Below, in pieces: positions 49,001-59,612 of a stretch of 64,000 bases of DNA (positions within the stretch are counted from its first letter, which is position 1; every line of letters begins with the position of its first letter). Under the pieces are notes generated by a model, which was not told where the DNA came from, did not search any database, and worked only from the letters and a program-made list of their open reading frames with translations. Source of the stretch: Antedon mediterranea (Eukaryota > Animalia > Echinodermata). A program made the translations under genes and the position numbers. The DNA lies in NCBI RefSeq assembly GCF_964355755.1, contig NC_092677.1:28259175-28323174 (forward strand), read 5' to 3'.

Positions 49001-52000
49001 GGAGGACGGCCGAATTCTGCACCTACCTTAAACAGGCACCATTTGAGAAACGCAGTAACTCAAGTCTCAATAAGTTCGTTACCAACCCCAACTACACCCG
49101 TGAATTGCGGTAAGCGTTTCAATAATTACCCTTTCCTACGGTGGCTGATTTCCGCCAAAGAAAAACAAATATTTTATAATAATACGGCCCTAATTTAGGG
49201 CGTTATAACGCCCTAAATATACAATCTGTTCACACGCACATGCGCATGCGTAGTACATCAACAAACCTCTCGGTGCATTGACAGATTTTAGAAAGTCACG
49301 TGGTACATTACTGGCCATCTTTGTGTCCAACTATGCCTATGTAGTGTATGGAATCGAGTCATGACGTGCTTTAAAAAATGTTTAAAAACATTCACAGGGT
49401 TTTAAATATCTAATTTAATATCAAAACAGTCAATTTGTTGTTTAAAGGTTTTTGTCAAGATAACGCAATCATAAAGTTACTGCGAAGATGATTTTAAACA
49501 ACAAAATGTAAAAACAATGCATTACTATAGAAAATCGCTGTACAAAATAAACGCGTAGAGCGTGTATGGAGCGCACAGCCAGAGCCGTTAAATTAAATGG
49601 ATTAAAGCTATTTTTTGTTTAAAATCATCAAATAATGTTATTATATATATATAGGTATTTATTCATTAAAAAAAACACATAAATAGTACAAACAGAAGGC
49701 AGCCCAACGGCTGAAAAATTCTGCATTCAAAGTCGCATCTCTTTATGGCTCTGGGTTTGTTATTGTACTACGCATGTACGTGTGAACGGATTGTATAATT
49801 AGGGCGTTATAACTCCGTAATTACGGCGTTCCTAATACGGCGTTATAACGCCGTATTATCTATATATAAATTTACGTAAGGCCAAAATACGGTAAATCGC
49901 GCGTTATTTCTAGAATGTTTACTCGATGGTATATAAAGTTAGTTAGAATCTCGGTACTGATTTTAACCACCTGATGTTCAGTTCAGTTCAGTTCAAAAAA
50001 CATTTATTTGTTCAACAATGGCATTATGCAGTATAATATATAGGTGTGTACTTAAATGAAAAAAATAGTAATAAGCCATCATTTGGGGTCTTCTGAAGAA
50101 GAAATCAAGTTTCTTGTCTCGAGAAAGACCCCAGAAACAATACACATACATTTAAACTAATACAATTTACTACATAATATAATATAATAAATAAAAACAA
50201 AAACCCTGTTTACTAATTAAATTGAGTTAGATAATTAGTTATTGACGATTAAAACGAATTTGGGTTCAACGATTTGCCCCAAATAGGGGTGTTTTCCGAT
50301 CGTGGTATACACTGTCTTATGGATGTCCTCATGAAAAATACCTGCACACAATAATACGAGGATGCTTCACATTTTCCTATCTCCTCCTACGATAATTGTT
50401 TTTAATAGCTAGCTGAAAACCGGTTGAACAGTACAGAGTACAGTATCATAATGTTGAAGACAGGCCGATTTTCTTTAAAAAATACTATTTTGATAGATTT
50501 AATATAGGTTTATACGAATGTATTGATTTGCGATGAATGGAACATTCCAATCTCTCAGACTCCCAGTTTGTAGGTAAATTTATGAGCCCTTGGTTTAACA
50601 CAAGTAGGTAAATTTATGGGAATAAAACTTATATTATATAGTATTGCAATACTTTGACAATATTGTAAAAACTGTATACGGTACGTATATTAACCATTTT
50701 TGGTCGCCATTTGAATCGAAATGTTCTTACTGTGAATGTGGTTACTGTTAGATATATAAACAAAATATACAAAGAACATGTATTACTGTGACTGCGGGTA
50801 GATTACTGACAGTTGCTTCTCAACGTTTGTATTAATTAATAATTATAAAAAATATAAACGTCGTAGTGGTGTATCGTTACATAACAGGAACAGTTTTAAA
50901 AAAGTATTATAAATCGTAAATGTTTTACTGGGTATATTATTTTTAGGCCTATAAAACATTTAAAACAATATTTCGTTACTGAGTGGATAGAGAATATATT
51001 TAAAAATTGTTCTTCCCATCCTCTTCCCCATCCCTCAACTCTAATGTTATATACAAAACACAAATTGGGTTTGTTTAAATGAGTTCAAATAAAAAAATTA
51101 GACTCATTTTTAAGACAAGGCCTAATTCCCAGGGTGCTAATTTTACATAAATCATTGTGTCTATTTATTCGTTTCTGTAAACGACAATAAAGTCCTGCGG
51201 TACGTACATTTTTTACGCTGAAATTACTCTGTATTCGAGAACCATCTGTGGTCACGACCTAAAATATTTGTTTTCTTTGGCGGAAATCAGCCACCGTACA
51301 TTCCCGTCGTTACAAACAAAATGTGCATAATCACATGGCGTAAAATGAGTCTTGTCAAGTTTAACATTTTTACCAAAAGTGAACGTTTATAGGCCTACAT
51401 TGGACAATGACCGTACGCAGTGTAATTGATTATTAATTCAATTTAATAATAATATGGTCTCCACCAAATGTGATGTTTATCCAATGATGTGCTCATTAAA
51501 AATAGATACAATCCAAATATTCATCATCTCAGCTGAAATTGTCGTCCTCTTCGTCGCTTCTACCGCACAATATGCGTCTCGTCTAATGGGAGTATAATGC
51601 CATTACTGAGCACACACCATTTTAACTCAACTCCTACAATAGAGAGCAAAGAAATTGTCTTTCTCTTACAAAGATATCGTGATATTTGAATACTGAAAGT
51701 TTATGATATCGGTTACCCAGTACAAATATAAATTTCAATTCAATTCAATGATATCGGCGCGTTACCAAATTCCCTGCGCGATCATTGCAACCGTAGATGC
51801 ACTCAAGCGATTTTAAATCAATTTATCAATGTAAATCTTAAATAATCTTTACTTATCTTTAACTATTTGGATGTTTAATTTACGCGGGTATTGACACACT
51901 GAGAGCCAGCGAGACATGCGATTCATTCATTTTTTAGTACACAAATAGTGAAGTCACACTTGGTACTCAGTCGTATGAATTACAATTAACATGGTCACGT

Positions 52001-52550
52001 GGGTCCTGACTTTCCCTTTCCTACTTTGATTAGTTTTTATAGGATTTGCGACTAATTTGAGAATTTTTTTGTTTTTTAACTTCTTTCATGAAAACATTTT
52101 GCTCAAAATGGGCTAAAACGAACCCCAAACCGATTTGAGGCTAAATGTGCATTTTTATGTTCCGAATGATACAGCATAACGTAAAACAATTGGCATCCAT
52201 GGGGATATAGTCCATGCCGTATTATTAACTATAAATGAATATCCGATCTTTGGGGTACCAGAATATAATAGACCTACATATAAAAAGGGGCCCTCCTAAA
52301 AACACGTAAACAAGTGTGGGTAATGTAATTGAGGTAATTTGGGTAAAGGTTTAGACATTCAGAACATACCATCACAAGCTCCGCAATTATTTACTTTTGT
52401 CGACTGGAAATTACTGTATATTTCTGTTTCTTTCTGTTTCTTCTAGGTTTGTCATTGAAGAAGAGAAGATATTCAACGGTGTGCATTTTATCTGTCTTAC
52501 TTGCGGTGCGTTCCACGCTGGTGCTGCTTACCACGTCGGTTTGTCGTTGA
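46030..52550 (+). CDS. Unrecognised secreted or GPI-anchored protein, about 214 aa, 4 exons
   Basis: Exons 46030-46099, 47060-47215, 48795-49109, 52447-52550; three phase-1 GT-AG introns with GTAAG donors. Signal-peptide-like MCPGSRPTSIFAAFFYFLFVLGLVIG, dibasic RIIKKR, Cys pair CPGPDRDC, S/T/P-rich stalk, hydrophobic C-terminus. Confidence 0.72.
46360..46882. repeat. 57-bp minisatellite, about 9 copies
   Basis: Unit agttagcaacgcaagttatagccaaaaagtgtgtgtaggggaccgataaacctatag. Confidence 0.96.
47261..47827. mobile_element. Kolobok-like non-autonomous element (TTAA target duplication)
   Basis: ttaa|aggccaggtgcgggca ... tgcctgtacctgagct|ttaa. Confidence 0.72.
49180..49858. mobile_element. Nested inverted-repeat element with 26-bp palindromes near both ends
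   Basis: atttagggcgttataacgccctaaat (49193-49218) and taatacggcgttataacgccgtatta (49833-49858); arms continue as tatacaatc(t/c)gttcacacg...atgcgtagtaca. Confidence 0.7.
49975..50700 (-). mobile_element. Probable 3' end of a degenerate LINE (L2/CR1-like)
   Basis: On the minus strand a GGGGTCTT...AAGACCCC stem-loop, then AATAAA and a (TGAAC)n tail. The upstream boundary is uncertain. Confidence 0.5.
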
Positions 52551-52629
52551 AGAAGAGAAGATATTCAACGATGTGCATTTTATCTGTCTTACTTGCGGTG
52601 GGTTTCGCGCTGGTGCTGCTTACCACGTC
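52446..52629 (+). repeat. 92-bp tandem duplication of the terminal exon of the unrecognised gene
   Basis: ggtttgtc(a/g)ttgaagaagagaagatattcaacg...gtgctgcttaccacgtc at 52446 and 52538, with a few substitutions. Confidence 0.92.
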
Positions 52630-52884
52630 TTAAAAATTAACAGGATTCTGAACCCCAAATGTACATTTTTTCAACGTATTTGGTTAGCACTGTGTTTTTC
52701 AAAATGTAATGTATAATAAGCCGTTATCAACTGCTAGCCTGTTGAATTCCGATTTACACAAGATCACAAGCTATAGCCTAGTATATAGATTGTCGTCATA
52801 AAAGTAGTACTGAATTCTAGGCCTACATTAGTAGTGTACAAATATATTTAAGAGAAAATTGTAACTTCTTGGTTTGAACGTTAA

Positions 52885-53010
52885 AGATGTATTGTCCCAA
52901 ACTGATGAAAAATGAAGACTCTTGCAGTTTAAATAAAGTTATTCGAAAATTAATTAATTCTTACGTGAAATTAAAATGGCCAAAATAATGTTTAGGGGAA
53001 CAATATATCT
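52885..53010. mobile_element. Small Kolobok-like element (TTAA target duplication)
   Basis: ttaa|agatgtattgtccc ... gggaacaatatatct|ttaa. Confidence 0.75.
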
Positions 53011-53576
53011 TTAACGGTAATGTATATAGATTTTCAAAATAAAGTATATTTCTGGAGAAAAAAAAGTGTTTTATACAATGTATTTATAACAAGTGTGTAT
53101 GTAAAGAAAAATAAGTTACGTGAAGAACCAATGTTCCGTATTTATAGACAATAGTCATGTAAATACAGTTCACACAGTATTTTTTCATTAATATTTTATT
53201 GAATATTTTGGGTATTTCTTGCATTATATTAACGCAAAACAGACTGATGTTAAGTTAAAGAGGGCAGCAGACACCATCTCTAGATACCTCTGAATGACTG
53301 TAGATAGATTTTTATAGGTAAACATAATGCAAGCATCTACACATGCGTTTCTGCATGCTACACAATACCAAGGTAAATCCAAGAATGCGCCATGGGGTTC
53401 TCTCCCTGAAAACATCATTGTAAAAATGATTAGCCACCTTTTAAAAGGGTTAGCTTACTCAGCATGACCCCAACCCCTCTATCTCTAAAGAAATGTTTAT
53501 GTATACACTGTACTAAACCAATGGCAGTTGACAAACTAGCAGTACCCCTTAAACTAGCAGTACCCCTTAAACTAGC

Positions 53577-54655
53577 TTATGCATCATCCATTTCTAAATT
53601 TATACTATTGCCAAATTTTGCATAAAGCTGCACTTTCAACTCTTTCAATGTATCTCTAATTTCTTCTGTACTTTTTTCTAATTGTTTGATATCTTTCTGT
53701 ACTTCTTCTTTAGCTGATTCAACTAGAGCCTGGGTGTCCTCAATGCTGTGTCCAAGAAAAGATTCACCTATCTGATATGTGATCTTGTATTAAAGAAAAA
53801 TGCCCTCATTGTTAATGATAGTCCCATGAAGAATTATCAGTAAAAACTTTGACAAACCTAAATTATATTTAACAATTTGTCTTGTATACAATAAAAAAAT
53901 GTTTTGATTGAGTAGATTTAAGTTTTGAATTGTTCTTTCCGTTTCTTTTCTGAAGTGACAGGCAACCATTAAAAAAAATGTTTAAAAAATAGATTTTATT
54001 AAAATGACATCAAAATGTTAAAGGATATGGAATAATTGCATTATCATCATCAAGCATCAGAAGCTCATCTCCAGCATCCTCTAAATTTTGAAGCTCTTTC
54101 TATAAAATAAAAAAACAATACAGATAAATATATAATGTATCCGATCGTTACATTCAGAAAATAAAAACAGTATTAGAATAAGATTAAGACTGATAACACA
54201 GTCACAGTACAATGCAATTCCAACACATTTTACCTTTTTGTTCTTTATTTCGTCCAACAGTTCTGAGAGTTTGTTTGTTTTACGAGCATAACTATTTATT
54301 TTTTGTTGATCGTCAAATGTTACTTGTGCTCCTTCATCTTGTCCTGCCTATTATAAAAAAAAAAAAATACTCAAATGAACACTGTGATTGCCTCATTCTG
54401 CCTGCCGGTCATCCATGCTTCCTAGTAGACCTAGAGTAGATAGTAGATCTATAGCAGATGACAGCAGTAGGCCTGGCCTTTGGCCATTTAGCATAAGCTA
54501 CATATAAGCCTATCTAGGGCCTAGCTAGCTAGTCTAGAAGGCATAGCCTAGCCTAGCCCTGGGCCTAGCCTAAAATAATGCCTACTCCACTAGGACTAGC
54601 TAAAGGAAAAAAGTAAACTTACTGTTGAAGATGAAAGCGCAAGTGTATTTGCCAT
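53577..54655 (-). CDS. PFDN4: Prefoldin subunit 4, about 139 aa, 4 exons
   Basis: Minus-strand exons 54655-54623, 54347-54234, 54099-54029, 53778-53577. VTFDDQQKINSYAR, KELQNLEDA, IPYQIGE, LKVQLYAKFGNSINLE. Confidence 0.94.
53779..54028 (-). other. U12-type AT-AC intron in PFDN4
   Basis: 5' site ATATCCTTT, branch-like TTCTTTAAT about 10 nt before the terminal AC; splicing restores IIP-YQIGE. Confidence 0.92.
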
Positions 54656-55386
54656 ATTGAAGGTAAGAACAAATTATTACAGTAAATAGGAAATCAAATA
54701 TACAACGTTGAAGTCTAGCTAGGCTAGGCCTCCTAATTATTCTCTCGTTGGTGTGGTGGATCACGCAGCAGCAGCTGGGGAAAATTAAACGGGGAGAGTG
54801 AGCAGCGCCGCGTGATGGCAGCAGATTATCCAAAATAATAACGTTCTCTGCTTTTATGGCGCGCCATTTGTGCCTTTATGATGGTTGTTGTAGTATAACT
54901 TTTTCACGCTGCTGCTCTAGCCCGCTACGTCACATGAGATGACTCATTAATTAGATGAAATCAAGCAGCAGTTATAGTACTACACTTTGACATTTTTGTT
55001 AAAATGGAAACTCCACTATAATTTATAGGTAGCAGCTGCATTTCTGGTATTTATGAGTCCCATGACAATACTGTATTTCACTGTCAGATCATTGAATTAT
55101 TATCAAAACAGTCCATGAAAGTTTTCGTTTGTAATATGATACTTCACACTTGAAGTATCTAAGGCCCTGTTCAGACCCATGGCGTTAGACCGTTTTAGCG
55201 TAAGACGCTAAAAGAATGTGTGTCTGAACAGTTGGGGATTAGCGTACAACGCGTCGTACAACGGTTGTAGCGTTGTAGTGGAAAACGGTTGATAGTACCG
55301 TTTTAGCGTACGACGCTACTGTAAGTCAACGTTGTATCCAATCAGAACGTTTCCTGTTATGACGCGAAACAAGGTTTGACCTAGGC

Positions 55387-56191
55387 CAAAGAATATATAT
55401 AACAAGAATGAGTAATCCGCGATTTTCCCTGTAACAGTAATATTGTCCATGTGGTAGGGCGCCGCCATAAGTGTGGATGTATCTGGGATGTATACAACTT
55501 TTTGTGACGGTTTCAATAATCAAAGGCTAGACCACCGGTAGTATTTTCATGATAAAAAATGTTATCAACTACATGCCAACATCATGTTAAATGCTATTTG
55601 GATATTTAATTGTTCGTTTTATGCAATTTATTTAGTAAAAACTGCCGTATAAACAGTTCGCTTTATCAACCGGGCGCTACGATAGCGTGACCGGGCGTGT
55701 TGGTGTTTACGCGATTTCACGAAGGATAGTTTAATAATATTCCTATATTTAACTTGTTTCTGGTAAAACAAATAAATGTTAATGACATTTAACATTTTAT
55801 CCTATAAATAACATGTATTTTATACTAATTTATATCATAAAAACAATACTTAATTTACCGGGCGTAGAGTAGTACGCGGCAATGGTAAAGAATAGGCCGT
55901 GCTGAGTAACGATTTGTTGATTTTGGTGTTGCTGTGTTAGGCCTTTTTTGTGAACTAATTTAGCATGTTAGTAAATAATTGTCTGTAAAAGTGAATGTAC
56001 ACTAGTTTGTTAATAAATATGTATTATAAAATAGTTTACAATTGCGAAATATATTATCATAATTCTATTTAATGTGACATGTATAATATCTATTAAATCA
56101 AGTCTTATTTAGTATGTATACATCCGCCCTCTGTTACAAATTTCTCATGCAAAAATCGCGGAATACTCATTCTTGTTATATATATTCTTTG
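55387..56191. mobile_element. Nested P-element-like non-autonomous element (7-bp target duplication)
   Basis: cctaggc|caaagaatatatataacaagaatgagta ... tactcattcttgttatatatattctttg|cctaggc. Confidence 0.82.
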
Positions 56192-56598
56192 CCTAGGCTG
56201 ACATCTTGTATCGTCAATGTGTGAGATGGATTTCAATAACAAAAAGGCCAGAATAAATAAGGCCTAACTACACTACAAATACAACTGTTACAAAGGCTAC
56301 AAACTATTATCAACTGATTACCATTATATTTTCTAACAAATGACATAAATACATGCACCTTGTATTTAAACATAGGGACTACGATCCCATCCGCTTTTAG
56401 GCCTAGCTAGGCCTAGAGCCATTCACGCATTTCATTCAAGCTAAAAACTAGCGTGGGACATCAAGTCACTCATTCATACAAGGCAGACTAGACTGGACAA
56501 GTTTAATGCTGAAAACCCCCTAACTCCTAAAAAAATCAGTAAACAAACAAGGGGAGCTGTGTCCCTTTTATTAGCAAGTTAAGGGTTATTTTCAACCG

Positions 56599-56631
56599 AC
56601 TGGACCAGAGAATATATATCTTTGACTGGAC
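56599..56631. mobile_element. Probable P-element-type excision footprint
   Basis: actggac|cagagaatatatatctttg|actggac: 19 bp of fused TIR ends between 7-bp direct repeats. Confidence 0.7.
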
Positions 56632-57828
56632 TGGATAGACTAATCACAATCATATTTTTCTTCATCACTACGAGGCCTGGTTTATTTTCGTAACACAAGA
56701 GCCTGGGGAAAATGTTTTTTACTACAAAATAAAAACAATAGAAACAGAAATTTGGCTTTACTATATTTTTCTTAAATAAATGCTGAGGTATGTTTTATTT
56801 ACGGCAAATTTTGTCATAATTGTAGGGCTGAGATCTAGGCCTATATACAGTGGAAATAATGATGAAAACACGTGGGTAAGAGCACATGAATATGCAACTA
56901 GAAACAACCTGGATGACGTACTTCCGTTGTAACGATAATCGTACGCTATGGGTCTGAACACCTGGTTTTTTTCTCTGCGGTTTGTAACGTGACCTTGATA
57001 GTAACGTTGTACGCTAAAACGGTCTAACGCCATGGGTCTGAACAGGGCCTAAGGCGTGATGAAGTGACCCCCAGACTTGGCATTAGCAATAAAATAAACT
57101 AAATTGAGTCTGTTTCATATCAAAGTTATTCACTTCTGTAACAAAATTCACATTATAGAAAGAGAAAAGAAACGTTTAATTATAACTAAAAAACCACATT
57201 GTCTGACACTGACAGACAATTGAAGTATTTGGTAATTACATTTTTTTCAGGTAAAATAACTATTATGTGACAATAAAATGACACATTCAAAAACAAATTT
57301 GAAATAAAAAAATATTTTTCAGAGGGCAAATATATCTTTAAAACTGTTACGTCAATAAGCGAGCAGCGTTTTTTGTAAGAAATATTTCTTGTTTAATAGG
57401 TTTTCTTTAATTATACAACTAGTGAGTTGTAATTACAACAAAGCGTATGTCTATACAATTTAACATGTGCACATTTTAGAAATTTTATGTTGGAAATGTT
57501 CACAAAATGTTACGTTTATGGCGAGAATGGCATATGACAGAAGAAAATGGAAATTGCTGGAGAATGGTTTACCCAACGGACATCTTTAATTAAACGGATC
57601 GAAGCGTTGAACTGTCAATGTCTTTTCTATTGTTATTTTAACTTTTATGTAGAAACTGACGTGTTTGTTTTGTTTCGCTGGAACTCGATCTTCTTGTATA
57701 CGTTACGTTATTAATAGCAGAATTGTGTTTATGAACCATTTCTGTATTGACTTGGCAAATGACAAAGATTTTTACAGTTTTTGACCTGGAAAAAATATAT
57801 ATTATAATTATATCATCATCATGTAATA

Positions 57829-58421
57829 AATAATCTGGGATGAGACCACGCAAATAACATCAATACTCGGGATTCATACACATTTAAAATCACTAATAAT
57901 CTGGGATGAGACCACGCAAATAACATCAATACTCGGGATTCATACACATTTAAAATCACTAATAATCTGGGATGAGACCACGCAAATAACATCAATACTC
58001 GGGATTCATACACATTTAAAATCACTAATAATCTGGGATGAGACCACGCAAATAACATCAATACTTGGGATTCATACACATTTAAAATCACTAATAATCT
58101 GGGATGAGACCACGCAAATAACATCAATACTCGGGATTCATACACATTTAAAATCACTAATAATCTGGGATGAGACCACGCAAATAACATCAATACTCGG
58201 GATTCATACACATTTAAAATCACTAATAATCTGGGATGAGACCACGCAAATAACATCAATACTCGGGATTCATACACATTTAAAATCACTAATAATCTGG
58301 GATGAGACCACGCAAATAACATCAATACTCGGGATTCATACACATTTAAAATCACTAATAATCTGGGATGAGACCACGCAAATAACATCAATACTCGGGA
58401 TTCATACACATTTAAAATCAC
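57829..58421. repeat. 66-bp minisatellite, about 9 copies
   Basis: Unit taataatctgggatgagaccacgcaaataacatcaatactcgggattcatacacatttaaaatcac. Confidence 0.96.
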
Positions 58422-59499
58422 GCTATTGTGGTTTCCTTATTCTCTTTTTAGTTAGATGACAATTAACGTTTTTAATTGAGGAAATAATGTATCGATATTG
58501 TGAGTCACCCTGACGACTCCTATCTACTTATATATATATTATATTGTTATTCATTTTATTCTCAAACTTATTATAATGCTATATTTTTAAATATTCATTT
58601 TCGCCTTTTTTCAATATTTATTTTTTCTAATATAAGTGTGCATAGGCCTATAGTTTAAATAACTGTTCTCTTCATAGCACAGATCTTACAATATGCACCC
58701 TCCATGTAGGCCTACATTGGTGTATGGAAATAACATTTAACTTAATGTTGATGTGAGAGGCATAACTAGTAGGCCTTCGTTATAGCTTAATTTTGTTAAA
58801 TGTTTTATGGTGACGTGGTATTGGGCCCAGAGGACACATAGTCATATTCCCTTCCCCATATCAACATATTCTTGAGACTCATCAATCCTGTTCATCGTCG
58901 TGTTTTATTATTATAGGCCTATTGATGAATAAGAGTATTCGGGCGTAACTTCACAAGCCTTAACTCAATGAGTATATTTGCTTCCCATAAACATCATTCA
59001 TTTCATTCCATTCAATATCCACTCCCTCATAAAACACACAGAATAAAATAAAGTAAACAAACTTGACACAAGTGCAAATAGACATTTTTTTAGATGTCGG
59101 TGACACTTGGCTAGCCATATACCTCCGTTACTAATACAAAACGAACAATAAAGACTATCACGTGATATGGCCAGTTACTTCGAAGTTCCGGTTGTAAAAT
59201 TCCTCTTGAATAGACTATTTTTATTTCCCCCATGATTAATATAAGTGAAATGTTAAGGTTTCAGTGATTTCTTTGTCCAAATATATTATTATATGAGAGT
59301 TTATCCATAGACATCGTTGAAATGTTGGTGAAGACACCAATGCTAAGTGGTCTAAACCGCCGGACGTTAGGTAAATGAAATTATGCGAAAACAAATATTG
59401 GCAATAATTATATTGACCGTCGAACAATAGCGTGATGTTACCAGGGATACATTCTTGTTTGCACGCGCTGCTCAAAACATTATAATGATTCTATACTAA

Positions 59500-59501
59500 T
59501 A

Positions 59502-59592
<91 letters not shown>

Positions 59593-59612
59593 ATATATAT
59601 AATAATATATAT
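59500..59612. repeat. (AT)n microsatellite
   Basis: Long atatat run. Confidence 0.97.

Larger units (their letters stand above)
49139..51296. mobile_element. TA-flanked non-autonomous DNA transposon (Tc1/mariner/pogo-like) carrying nested inserts
   Basis: ta|cggtggctgatttccgccaaagaaaa(a)caaatatttta at both ends in inverted orientation. Confidence 0.85.
55163..57049. mobile_element. PIF/Harbinger-like non-autonomous element (TAA target duplication)
   Basis: taa|ggccctgttcagacccatggcgttagaccgttttagcgta ... tacgctaaaacggtctaacgccatgggtctgaacagggcc|taa. Confidence 0.9.
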
